A stretch of 64,000 nt of DNA from Spirochaetia bacterium (lineage in GTDB: Bacteria > Spirochaetota > Spirochaetia > UBA9216), in assembly GCA_963675665.1 (NCBI GenBank), contig OY776510.1, positions 4,864,001 through 4,928,000 of the forward strand, read 5' to 3'. Within the stretch, counting starts at the first letter, position 1, and every line of letters begins with the position of its first letter. Made by a program: the position numbers and the translations under genes. The notes beneath the pieces are model-generated. The model was not told the origin of the DNA. It did not search any database and saw only the letters and a program-made list of their open reading frames with translations. This document shows, piece after piece, positions 37,396-46,728 of the stretch.

Positions 37396-38325
37396 CTAAC
37401 TTTTATTTATAAACCGCAAAATTGTTTCAAAGGAGGGTATGCCTCCTGTTGCACCAGGGTTTTGAACACTAAAAGCAGCTGCAGCATTTGCAAATAATGC
37501 ACAATCATATAAATCCAATCCTTTTACATACGATGAAAGAAAAGCTGCAAAGAAAGCGTCGCCTGCCCCAACGGTATCAATTACTTCGGCGACATTAAAA
37601 GCAGGGGTCACTTTCTCAGATTTAAAATCGGTTATATAACATCCTTCTTTCCCCAGCTTGACACCGAATATTTTCAATCCGTATTTTGAAAAGAAGGTTC
37701 TCATTTCTTTTAAAGATTTTGTTCCTGTTATTTCAACAACCTCTTCAAAGCTCGGCAAGAAAATGTCAGTCCAGTACAAAGTTTCTTCAATTTTCTTCAG
37801 CCAGTCTTTATCATAATTGGAAGCTGTATCCATTGCTGTTATTACATTATTTTCTTTTGCATATCTGAATATTGGAACAATTCCTCCGCTATCCAGACCC
37901 GGAAGTTTATAAGCACTATTCAGACTTACCACTTTTGTATCATTTATCCTGCCCAACGATATATTAGAAACATCCAAAACGGATAACACTTCAGTATTTG
38001 GCAGAAAATGCCGCTCGCCCGAAGGTTCCACCAGAATAACACAAACACTGGTAGGGAATTGATCTGTTTTTATCACTCCGGATACATCAACTCCTTTTGA
38101 TGAAACATAGTTAATTAACATATCTCCCGTAGAATCATTTCCTACCGCGCTGATAATACCGGAGTCCAATCCCAGTGACGCCACATTAACAATTACATTT
38201 AAGGCGTCGCCTCCCGGAGTTATTCTTATTTTTTCGATCCGGGTCGACTGTTGTTTTAAACTCTCGCATGTTACAGGCTTTACTATAATATCGCTCAACA
38301 TGATCCCGATGGAAAGTATATCCAA
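37396..38325 (-). CDS. PfkB/ribokinase family carbohydrate kinase
   Basis: PGGDALN, VGND..G, VKLGKEG and DTVGAGDAF. TTG start after AAGGAG. Confidence 0.93.
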   Translation of the reverse strand: MDILSIGIMLSDIIVKPVTCESLKQQSTRIEKIRITPGGDALNVIVNVASLGLDSGIISAVGNDSTGDMLINYVSSKGVDVSGVIKTDQFPTSVCVILVEPSGERHFLPNTEVLSVLDVSNISLGRINDTKVVSLNSAYKLPGLDSGGIVPIFRYAKENNVITAMDTASNYDKDWLKKIEETLYWTDIFLPSFEEVVEITGTKSLKEMRTFFSKYGLKIFGVKLGKEGCYITDFKSEKVTPAFNVAEVIDTVGAGDAFFAAFLSSYVKGLDLYDCALFANAAAAFSVQNPGATGGIPSFETILRFINKS

Positions 38326-38367
38326 GAATATCTCCTTAACATAAAATATTATAGTCAAAAATCATTA

Positions 38368-39318
38368 TCAATTATGCTTCATCCCAGAATTCTTATAACC
38401 CAGAATTCTGGTTATTTTATATTCAACAACCTCCTGAACTGCGACCCGGGCAGCTGCCAAATACAACCTCGGATCAAAATCAGAAGGATTTTCAGATAAA
38501 TACTTTCGTATTGTTCCTGATATTGCAAGCCTTATATCCGTATCAACATTTATCTTGCAAACAGCGGTATCAGATGATGCTTTCTTAAGCATCTGTTCAG
38601 GGATCCCTTTTGCTCCTTCTATGAACCCGCCGTATTTATTAATCATCTGTGAATACACCGGCATCACTGAAGAAGCCCCATGCAACACTATCGGAAATCC
38701 AGGTATCAACTCCTCAATTTTCTCAAGAATATCAAATCTCAAAGACGGTTCCTGATTTTCCTTGAATTTATATGCTCCATGACTTGTTCCTATTGCTACA
38801 GCCAGAGAATCTACTCCTGTATTTTCAACAAACTCTTTTGCCTGAACCGGATCAGTATAAAAAGCATTATTTCCTTCAACTTTTACATCATCCTCAATTC
38901 CGGAAATCTTTCCAAGCTCTCCTTCAACGGTCACCCCGAAATCATGGGCATAATCACAAACACTTTTTGTAAGGGCGATATTTTCTTCGAAACTGTGCGA
39001 AGACCCGTCTATCATCACAGAAGTAAAACCGGCTTTTATAAACTCTTTACATAATTCCAGACTATCACCATGATCCAGATGCAAAGCTATTGGAAGACCT
39101 TTTTCCTCTGCACATATCCTGGTTATTTCAACGATATTACTGATGTTTGTATATTGTTTTGTAATTTTGGACGCCTGTAAAATTACCGGAGTATTATACG
39201 TATAGACTCCGTTAACTATACCTTCAATTGTTTCCATCTGGTTTATATTGAAGGCACCTATTGCATATCCGTCTTTATAAGCATCCCGTAATATTTCTTT
39301 GGTATTAACAATCGACAT
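38368..39318 (-). CDS. fba: Class II fructose-bisphosphate aldolase family protein
   Basis: GYAIGAFN, ALHLDHG, SVMIDGS, VEGELG, GTSHGAYK, VLHGAS and KINVDTD. Confidence 0.9.
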   Translation of the reverse strand: MSIVNTKEILRDAYKDGYAIGAFNINQMETIEGIVNGVYTYNTPVILQASKITKQYTNISNIVEITRICAEEKGLPIALHLDHGDSLELCKEFIKAGFTSVMIDGSSHSFEENIALTKSVCDYAHDFGVTVEGELGKISGIEDDVKVEGNNAFYTDPVQAKEFVENTGVDSLAVAIGTSHGAYKFKENQEPSLRFDILEKIEELIPGFPIVLHGASSVMPVYSQMINKYGGFIEGAKGIPEQMLKKASSDTAVCKINVDTDIRLAISGTIRKYLSENPSDFDPRLYLAAARVAVQEVVEYKITRILGYKNSGMKHN

Positions 39319-39380
39319 TAAATCTTCCTTATTATCATAACTACTTAATCAAAAACCTTTTCTAACAATGAATAATAAAT

Positions 39381-40316
39381 CTATTTATGCAGAAGCTTTT
39401 TACACTGACTGACAATATTGTCACTGGTAAGATCATATTCTTTTAATAATGATTCCGGATCACCGGATTGTCCAAAACGATCTTCTACACCGATTCGTTT
39501 CATTTTTATAGCACCATTTCCAATCAGCAATTCTGATATAGCGCCGCCTAATCCGCCGATTATTGAATGTTCTTCAACAGTAACGACAGCGCCTGTTTTC
39601 TTTGCTTCAGCCAGTATCAATTCGTTATCCAGAGGTTTTATTGTATGTATATTTACTACAGATGCGCTTATTCCATCTTCAGCAAGTTTCTGAGCAGCAA
39701 GAACAGCCTCTGCAGTCATAATACCGGTGGCAAAAATGCTTATATCTTCTCCTTCACGAAGCTTATATCCCTTCCCAATTTTAAATTCATGATTTTCATC
39801 TGTTAAGACGGCTGAAGGGGATCGCGCAATCCTGATATAAACCGGACCTTCAAATATAGCGGCAGCTTTAACAGCTTTTTTTGTTTCAACCGCATCACAC
39901 GGAACTATCACGGTCATATTCGGCAAAACCCTCATCAAAGCAATATCCTCTATTGACTGGTGACTGCCTCCATCTTCACCGACAGAAATTCCCCCGTGAG
40001 TTACTGCCACCTTAACATTGGACCTTGGATAACAGACGGAATTTCTGATTTGTTCATATGCCCTTCCGGCACCAAACAAAGCAAAAGTACTGACGAAAGG
40101 AATATATCCGCTCAGAGCCAATCCGCTGGCTACTCCTATCATATTCTGCTCTGCTATTCCCATATTAAAAAAGCGTTCTTTATATTTTTCTGCAAACTTG
40201 AAAGTCTGTGTGGCATGTGCAAGATCCGCATCCATTACTACAAGGTTGTCTATTTCGTTTCCTAATTCTACTAAAGTCTCACCGTAAGCTGTTCTTTGGG
40301 CTTCTAATTTCAGCAT
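39381..40316 (-). CDS. Transketolase, C-terminal subunit (split transketolase)
   Basis: DADL, GIAEQNM, RAYEQIR, GEDGGSHQ and EEHSIIGGLG. Confidence 0.93.
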   Translation of the reverse strand: MLKLEAQRTAYGETLVELGNEIDNLVVMDADLAHATQTFKFAEKYKERFFNMGIAEQNMIGVASGLALSGYIPFVSTFALFGAGRAYEQIRNSVCYPRSNVKVAVTHGGISVGEDGGSHQSIEDIALMRVLPNMTVIVPCDAVETKKAVKAAAIFEGPVYIRIARSPSAVLTDENHEFKIGKGYKLREGEDISIFATGIMTAEAVLAAQKLAEDGISASVVNIHTIKPLDNELILAEAKKTGAVVTVEEHSIIGGLGGAISELLIGNGAIKMKRIGVEDRFGQSGDPESLLKEYDLTSDNIVSQCKKLLHK

Positions 40317-40319
40317 TTG

Positions 40320-41129
40320 CTAACTCCTTCCCAATTCTTCTAATGCAAGCTGCATTTCTTCATTATTAGGGGCTTTCCCATGCCACCCAACGCAATTTTC
40401 CATAAAAGAGACACCCTTTCCTTTTACTGTTTCTGCAATAATACATTTCGGCTTATTATTTACTTTTGAATCCAGGGCTTTAAAGATATCCTCAAACTCA
40501 TTTCCATTGATGTTAAGAACTTCAAACCCGAAACTTTCAAATTTCTTATATACATCGCCCAGGCTCATAACCTCATTATTTGTTCCGTCAATCTGTAATT
40601 TGTTATAATCAAGAATAAGAGTGAAGTTATCCAGATTATAGTGAGCAGCTGACATGCAAGCTTCCCAAACCTGTCCTTCCTGTGCTTCGCCGTCTCCAAT
40701 AATACAGTAAATGTTATAGCCAGCCTTTTTTAATTTTGCCCCCAGGGCCATTCCTACAGCTATCGATATTCCCTGCCCCAGAGAACCGGTAGACGCATCA
40801 ACTCCGGGCAGTTTATGAAGATCCGGGTGACCTTGAAGCCTGCTGCCTATCTTTCTTAGTGAAATAAGTTCCTCTTTATCAAAGTAACCTCTTTCAGCCA
40901 ATACAGCATATAAAGCAGGAGCACCATGCCCTTTACTCAAAACAAGCCGATCGCGATTCTCCCAGCCTTTATTATTGGTATCAATATTCATTTTACTAAA
41001 ATAAAGGGCAATCAGGATTTCAACCATTGATAAAGAGCCACCCGGATGACCGGATTTGGCTTCATAAATCATTTTAATAATATTTTTCCGCACCTCTAGT
41101 GCTTTCTCTTGCAGTTCCTTCTCTTCCAT
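40320..41129 (-). CDS. Transketolase, N-terminal (TPP-binding) subunit
   Basis: SGHPGGSLS, RDRLVLSKGH, LQGHP, STGSLGQG, GDGE..EGQVWE and KGKG. Confidence 0.94.
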   Translation of the reverse strand: MEEKELQEKALEVRKNIIKMIYEAKSGHPGGSLSMVEILIALYFSKMNIDTNNKGWENRDRLVLSKGHGAPALYAVLAERGYFDKEELISLRKIGSRLQGHPDLHKLPGVDASTGSLGQGISIAVGMALGAKLKKAGYNIYCIIGDGEAQEGQVWEACMSAAHYNLDNFTLILDYNKLQIDGTNNEVMSLGDVYKKFESFGFEVLNINGNEFEDIFKALDSKVNNKPKCIIAETVKGKGVSFMENCVGWHGKAPNNEEMQLALEELGRS

Positions 41130-41196
41130 TCAGAATTCCTTGGTATTATTATTTTAATTATAAACTGTTGAGTAAGATTAAATATACATGCCTTTC

Positions 41197-42018
41197 TTAT
41201 TTTACGCTTCCAGCCGTTAAACCTTGCAGAAAATATTTCTGTAAGAATAGAAATATAATTATTAATGGAGCACTAGCCATAAACGATAAAGCCATTAAAG
41301 CATTCCATTCAGTTGAATATTCCCCTATAAGCATTCCGATGCCAATTGTCAACGGTCTTACATCGATTGTTCTTGTAAGCGTTACAGCAAACAGATACTC
41401 ATTCCACGCCAGAATAAAAGTGTATACACCTGTAGCAATTAAACCCGGCAAACTAGGCGGAAGAATAATAAAAAAGAAGGTTTTAAATGTACTGCAGCCG
41501 TCAATAATTGCGGCTTCATCCAATTCTCTCGGTATAGTAGTAATAAAATCCCGCATCATCATTATTGAGAAAGGTAACGCAAATGATGTATATGCAAGAA
41601 TCAGGGCAAAATAAGTATTATATATTCCTACTTTTGTAGAGAAAATAAAATATGGAATACTTAATAAAACCATCGGAAACATCTGTGTTAGTAAAATATA
41701 AATGAGAGCAACCTTTCTGCCTTTAAATTTAAATCGTGCAAATCCATAACCTGCCATAGATGAAAAAGCAATACAGATTATGGTTACAGAAAAAGATATA
41801 ATATAACTATTTAGAAATAATCTAATCAAATCTTTGTTACCAAAGACAGTGCGAAATGATTCTAACGAAAAGGTTTGCGGGATTATTTTTATAGGAGTGG
41901 AAAATACCTGGCTATTAGGCCGTAAGGCAATACTGACCATCCAGGCAATAGGGACAATGGCAATACAGCCTAAAACAATTATCCCTAAATATGTAGATAT
42001 ATTTCTTGTCTTTTTCAT
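41197..42018 (-). CDS. Carbohydrate ABC transporter permease (MalG-like)
   Basis: EAA loop IPRELDEAAIIDG and WNEYLFA. Confidence 0.95.
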   Translation of the reverse strand: MKKTRNISTYLGIIVLGCIAIVPIAWMVSIALRPNSQVFSTPIKIIPQTFSLESFRTVFGNKDLIRLFLNSYIISFSVTIICIAFSSMAGYGFARFKFKGRKVALIYILLTQMFPMVLLSIPYFIFSTKVGIYNTYFALILAYTSFALPFSIMMMRDFITTIPRELDEAAIIDGCSTFKTFFFIILPPSLPGLIATGVYTFILAWNEYLFAVTLTRTIDVRPLTIGIGMLIGEYSTEWNALMALSFMASAPLIIIFLFLQKYFLQGLTAGSVK

Positions 42019-42025
42019 ATTGATA

Positions 42026-42952
42026 TTAATCCTTTAACTTACCAACACTATCCTTTAGATAAGGTATAGACATCAGAACCATTATTAACAGCATAACTAT
42101 TGCCGCAGCAGCTGCAAACCCAAAATTCATTCTTCGAAATGCATAATTATAAACATAAGTAGACAAGATCTCTGATGAATTCATAGGACCTCCGCCGGTC
42201 ATCAGAAAGACCAGATCAAAAGCCCTGAAGTTCCATATAAGCTCTAGTGTTGTAACTGTAAAAATGATATTCTTTATATGGGGTATTGTAATATAAAATA
42301 ATTTTTGAAACGGCCCGGCCCCGTCCAGTTCAGCTGCTTCATATAAATATTCCGGTATGGTCTGTAAACCGGCCAAAAGCATTAACATCATAAATGGAGA
42401 ACCTCTCCAAATATTTGATACAATAATACCGAACAGCGCAGTACGTTCATCTCCAAGCCAGGCCATCCGGGCCAGGGCTTCAAAACCCAGAAAATCAAGA
42501 ACTCCGTTCAACAATCCAAAAGGATTAAAAATAAGGAGCCATGTAGCGGCAATAACCGTTGAAGATATTAGCCATGGAAACATGAACATAGACCTGAAAA
42601 AGGCCCTGAATCTACCATTAATTCGCTGATTCAACAGCAGTGCCAATGACAAACCTATAACCAACCCCGCAAAAACACTCGTCAGACAGAAAATCAAAGT
42701 GTTCTTGACCGAATTCCAGAACAACGGATCGCCAAGGACCTTTATGTAGTTCTGAAAACCGAACCCTGATAAAACCAGTTTTGCTGTGCTTTCACTAAAA
42801 CTCAGACGGATTATCTGAATCATTGGATATCCAGTCAGCAACAGCAACAGAACCATTGCAGGCAAGATCAAAGAAACCCTTTGATAAAAGCTAATAAAAT
42901 TTCGATATTTATTAGTTATTGTGTTCTGATTATTAACCAGTAAACCAGACAT
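42026..42952 (-). CDS. Carbohydrate ABC transporter permease (MalF-like)
   Basis: LAGLQTIP..LYEAAELDGA and FDLVFLMTGGGP. Start codon uncertain (42952-42979). Confidence 0.93.
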   Translation of the reverse strand: MSGLLVNNQNTITNKYRNFISFYQRVSLILPAMVLLLLLTGYPMIQIIRLSFSESTAKLVLSGFGFQNYIKVLGDPLFWNSVKNTLIFCLTSVFAGLVIGLSLALLLNQRINGRFRAFFRSMFMFPWLISSTVIAATWLLIFNPFGLLNGVLDFLGFEALARMAWLGDERTALFGIIVSNIWRGSPFMMLMLLAGLQTIPEYLYEAAELDGAGPFQKLFYITIPHIKNIIFTVTTLELIWNFRAFDLVFLMTGGGPMNSSEILSTYVYNYAFRRMNFGFAAAAAIVMLLIMVLMSIPYLKDSVGKLKD

Positions 42953-43010
42953 AACACTCATCTCCCTTTTCAGCTCCAAAAGCTTTTGTTAGTAAATTAA
43001 AAGGCAAATA

Positions 43011-43799
43011 CTACTTCTCTGGCCAGTACTTAGCACCCGGTTCTGAAATCCATGAGTATTCCGGCAGGAAATACGGCTGAAGGTACGGCTCTCCATCCAA
43101 ATGCCGTATTATCCATATCAGATACATAGCATAACCAGGGGCTGAGGTTTGCGGATGAACTACTCCCTCAACAAGTTTGACTGTATCGTTTGTATGAATT
43201 TTAACAACATCATCTCCAATCTCTGAATGTCCGTAACCTTCTTCAGGATAAAATTTATAAAAATATACTTCCGGTTGAGGATGATTATGTGGCGGATAAC
43301 TTGACCATTTCCCGGGATACCCGATAACTTCGCCAATTACAAATTTTGATTCCGGAGCATTTGTATAATCGAAAACTGTTCGAACTACACGTTCCGCAGC
43401 ATCCCGCATAACGCCTTTCCCTCTTACTTCAGTTCTGCAATCCTTGTTGGAATAAAAAACTGACGGGAAAGTTTCAGTATTTTCAGTTTTAGAAACACAT
43501 AATTCACTATTTTCTGCAACACCGGTAATTTTAACTTCAACATTACCAGAAACACTTAAGCACCAGGGATTCTCATCCATAAATGAAGCTCTCTTTGCTG
43601 TCACACTTTTTCCATCCCATTCAAATGTAACTTCCCCCTGGATGAGCAGGTAAACGCGCTCTTTCCTTTCTATGTTGGTTTCAGACTGATCCTTTCCTAA
43701 TCTTAGTATTCCAAAATCCATAAGAGCATCATTATGCTCTTCAAGGGAAATGATTTTATTATACCCATTCTTAAACGGGTGTTCCTGTTTTATAAGCAT
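43011..43799 (-). CDS. IolB-family isomerase (5-deoxy-glucuronate isomerase-like)
   Basis: R.V...FD, GEV...G.WSSYPPH.H..PEVYFY and HP...APGY.MY..W. Confidence 0.85.
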   Translation of the reverse strand: MLIKQEHPFKNGYNKIISLEEHNDALMDFGILRLGKDQSETNIERKERVYLLIQGEVTFEWDGKSVTAKRASFMDENPWCLSVSGNVEVKITGVAENSELCVSKTENTETFPSVFYSNKDCRTEVRGKGVMRDAAERVVRTVFDYTNAPESKFVIGEVIGYPGKWSSYPPHNHPQPEVYFYKFYPEEGYGHSEIGDDVVKIHTNDTVKLVEGVVHPQTSAPGYAMYLIWIIRHLDGEPYLQPYFLPEYSWISEPGAKYWPEK

Positions 43800-43822
43800 T
43801 CAAATTCTCCAGATAGAAATAT

Positions 43823-43852
43823 GGAGCATGGGGAAATAATTCCCCATGCTCC
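43823..43852 (-). terminator. Intercistronic stem-loop after the binding-protein gene
   Basis: GGAGCATGGGGAA-4nt-TTCCCCATGCTCC, a perfect 13-bp stem. Confidence 0.6.
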
Positions 43853-43864
43853 TGTATTTGATAA

Positions 43865-45145
43865 TTATTTTGATAATTCTGTGTTCCAGTATGCCGCCGC
43901 ATCATTCAAAGCCTGTTCAGCTGTTTTCTTGTCTGTAAGAAAATTCTGAATTTCTATTGTAAATTGTCTCTTCAAATCTACTGCATTCTTAAGATAGTTA
44001 TCTACAACCTGCATATTCTCAGTATTGATCTGCTGATCAGCAAAAACCTTCAAATAAGGATCATTCTGGAAATACTCATCCTGCATGGTAACTTTGTTAT
44101 ACGGGAAGAACCCGGTAGCCTTGTCCCAAAGCAGCTGACCTTCTGCACTACCCATAAATTCCATAAATTTAAATGCAGCCTCTTTATTCTCACCGTTTTC
44201 CGAAAGCCCCAGTACTGATCCTAATACGATATTACCGCTTACTTTACCTACAGGAAGAGGAACTATTCCAAATTCAAGATCTGGGTTCGATTTTCTCTGA
44301 ATCCCTACGCCCCATGGACCTTCGAACATAAATGCAACATTTCCGGAACTAAAGTTTGCTCTTTTCTCTTTTTCTCCGGCGTTAAGTTCGCCAGGTGTAG
44401 AAACTTTATATTTCTTGATGAGATCTTTATAGAAGGTAACAGCTTTCACGCCTTCCGCTGTATTAAATGCAGCTCTATTGTTTTCGAGTATTCTTCCTCC
44501 TGCCTGCATTATCAAGGGGAAAATCTCATAGTTAATAGCCGTCGGAGGCTCGGAGGCAACATTTCCGGTCAGGGCATAAATACCTTTTTCAGGATCTGCG
44601 ACCTTGACACATGCATCAACAAACTCATCCCAGTTTGTCGGAGGAGCAATGCCGACTTCTTTAAGTATTTTTGTATTATAATAAAGACCAATATTACCAT
44701 TAGTAATAGGAATTCCGTAGAGATGTCCTTTGTAGGGAACAAATGCTGGTCCAGCCAGAGCATCTTTATATTCCTGTCTAAGTTCGTTTACATAATCATC
44801 GATAGGAACAATAATACCTGCTTCAGCGAATTCAGTAACCCACGCTCCTGATACAGTCAAAATATCCGGAGCCATTCCAGCCATGTTGAGAGTAAGAACT
44901 TTATCATGCATCTGAACAAAAGGAATATTATCAAAGATAAGTTCAATATCCGGATTCTTTGCTTCAAAAGCCTTTTTAACCTCGTTAATTTTGTCAGGGC
45001 CCTGTTCTGTAACCCAGTGAGTTAACCAGTGGATTTGAACTTTCCCGTCGTCTCCAGCATTATCAGCTTCATTCTGTCCTGCTGAAAAAACAATACATGG
45101 TGCTATCAGCAATAGAAACAGTCCTGACAGAATCATCTTTTTCAT
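43865..45145 (-). CDS. Carbohydrate ABC transporter substrate-binding protein (CUT1)
   Basis: Signal peptide (FSAGQNE), FEAKNPDI, YGIP, LYYN, PPTNWDE and F..G.VAF...GPW. Confidence 0.93.
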   Translation of the reverse strand: MKKMILSGLFLLLIAPCIVFSAGQNEADNAGDDGKVQIHWLTHWVTEQGPDKINEVKKAFEAKNPDIELIFDNIPFVQMHDKVLTLNMAGMAPDILTVSGAWVTEFAEAGIIVPIDDYVNELRQEYKDALAGPAFVPYKGHLYGIPITNGNIGLYYNTKILKEVGIAPPTNWDEFVDACVKVADPEKGIYALTGNVASEPPTAINYEIFPLIMQAGGRILENNRAAFNTAEGVKAVTFYKDLIKKYKVSTPGELNAGEKEKRANFSSGNVAFMFEGPWGVGIQRKSNPDLEFGIVPLPVGKVSGNIVLGSVLGLSENGENKEAAFKFMEFMGSAEGQLLWDKATGFFPYNKVTMQDEYFQNDPYLKVFADQQINTENMQVVDNYLKNAVDLKRQFTIEIQNFLTDKKTAEQALNDAAAYWNTELSK

Positions 45146-45269
45146 GAAAAACCTCCATAAAACTTGTTTTGTTTTAATTTCTTCTCTATTTATCAGAAAT
45201 AGAGCTTTTGATGTAATTTAATGCGGTATTCCTCAATTTTATACGATCGTAATAATTGAAACATACGTT

Positions 45270-45305
45270 GTAACCGGTTACGTAACCGGTTACGTAACCG
45301 GTTAC
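45270..45305. promoter_or_regulatory. Three perfect tandem copies of the palindrome GTAACCGGTTAC (LacI-type operator array)
   Basis: Copies at 45270, 45282 and 45294, just downstream of a minus-strand promoter. Central CG is typical of LacI operators. Confidence 0.8.
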
Positions 45306-45314
45306 GTTGAAATT

Positions 45315-45343
45315 ACTTTAAACCACAAAAATTCAGTTGTCAA
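45315..45343 (-). promoter_or_regulatory. Sigma70-type promoter of the ABC operon
   Basis: TTGACA-N17-TAAAGT. Confidence 0.7.
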
Positions 45344-45548
45344 GTTTTTTTTATAATATTTTGTAATATTTTAGTTCCATGTTAATTTTTGGTCATCCAA
45401 CAATTATAAAACCGACAGAGCTGTGAAGTGGGATCGTTCATATTAGCACTTTCTCCAACTCCTCTCTGTAGTCAGTCTCCTAAAAGTTAACCACAGACGC
45501 TTCGGCAGGAAGAACAGACGCCCTTCCTGCTGAAATACTTTTATATCG

Positions 45549-46712
45549 CTAAAAGTTAATGGGGTAAGTTCCGTACTTATTTACAGTATCAACCATTGTC
45601 AGAAGAGCATCAGCGGTAATCGGATACATGATTGTATTGGAGCTGGAAAGGATATACCCTCCTCCAGGCCCTCCGTCGCGAAGACATTGTTTTACCTCTT
45701 CGATGATCTCTTCTTTTGTTCCAAAGGGAAGCGTCCGTCCGCAGTCGACATTTCCCATAATGGTAATTTTATCTCCATAAAGTTTTTTAATTTCAGCCAG
45801 ATTCATTCCGGCATAAGGCTCACAGCTTTGAAAAGCATCTATATTCATACCAAAAAAGAGATCAGCTATAGGCATAATGTTACCATCACTATGCTTCATT
45901 ACTTTTAAACCATGTTCATGACAGTAATCGGCAATAGCGTTAACCTGAGGAACCATAAATTCTTCAATAAAGTACGGAGGCATAATTGGTCCGGAGTTCA
46001 TTGCCCAGTCAACGGCAATCATAATGCCATCCACTCCGCATTCAATAAATCCCCTGGCAGCTTCCATTCCCAAGGCGGTGTATGCGTCCATCATCCTCTT
46101 AGTCAGCTCCGGTTCTGTAAGTGATATTGTCATAAATTCTGTATACCAGCTGCGCCCGGAAGGAATAAGATTAGGAATCTTCGCCATCTGAAACAGGTCT
46201 TCACCTTTACTACGGGCCAGACGTGTAGAATCAAAACAGCTTTCATGAATTTTACCGGCAGAATTTTCAAGAAACTCGATGTGTTCTTCAACGGCTTTAT
46301 TGCCGCCTTCTTTCTCAAAAGAGTCAACTTCCATTACAATCTGCTTGTCCTGTTCATAAGTAAATTTACGCCAGTGCCCGGTAGCCTGATCAACTTCAGT
46401 CCAGCCTGTTTCTGAAATATCAGTAATTTGCATAACCTCATCAACAGGGGGATCGAGTTCTGTAATAAACAGGTCATGTCCGATCTTTTTAACTACATCT
46501 ATAGTATCCTGGGCATATCGTTCAACAAACTCATCACGGCGCCCCTCAGCCACCAACTGAGCTGCCTTCATGTACATTGCTCCTTCCCCGGTAATAGCAT
46601 CACGCCCGAGTATTTCACTGGATGCATGCGGCATGATATGCATTTCGCCCATTGGAACTCTATCAGCCTCCTTATGCTCAAACGCCAGCTTCACTCTCTC
46701 TTTCGATGTCAT
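45549..46712 (-). CDS. Uroporphyrinogen decarboxylase (UroD/methyltransferase MT) family protein
   Basis: MTSKERV..AF.H.E.DRVP, D.A...GP.M.P, HSDGN, MGNVD and GGGYILSSSN. Confidence 0.85.
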   Translation of the reverse strand: MTSKERVKLAFEHKEADRVPMGEMHIMPHASSEILGRDAITGEGAMYMKAAQLVAEGRRDEFVERYAQDTIDVVKKIGHDLFITELDPPVDEVMQITDISETGWTEVDQATGHWRKFTYEQDKQIVMEVDSFEKEGGNKAVEEHIEFLENSAGKIHESCFDSTRLARSKGEDLFQMAKIPNLIPSGRSWYTEFMTISLTEPELTKRMMDAYTALGMEAARGFIECGVDGIMIAVDWAMNSGPIMPPYFIEEFMVPQVNAIADYCHEHGLKVMKHSDGNIMPIADLFFGMNIDAFQSCEPYAGMNLAEIKKLYGDKITIMGNVDCGRTLPFGTKEEIIEEVKQCLRDGGPGGGYILSSSNTIMYPITADALLTMVDTVNKYGTYPINF

Positions 46713-46728
46713 AACATATTCTCCGTAT

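Noticed and set aside
39381-41129. Assigning the split transketolase to apiose or sulfoquinovose (sulfo-TK) catabolism
   Set aside because: Signature partners (apiose isomerase/FGGY kinase, or sulfoquinovosidase/SQ isomerase) were not recognised in the operon.
45270-45305. Tandem 12-bp repeats as a CRISPR array or iteron set
   Set aside because: There are no spacers and no cas or rep genes. The units are palindromic, sit just downstream of a promoter and fit LacI operators.
45472-45484. 12/13 match (TCAGTCTCCTAAA) to the IS110 loop at 22866-22878 as an empty target site
   Set aside because: The match is short, built on a common SD-like core and may extend into stem positions, so it cannot be told from chance without a genome-wide count.
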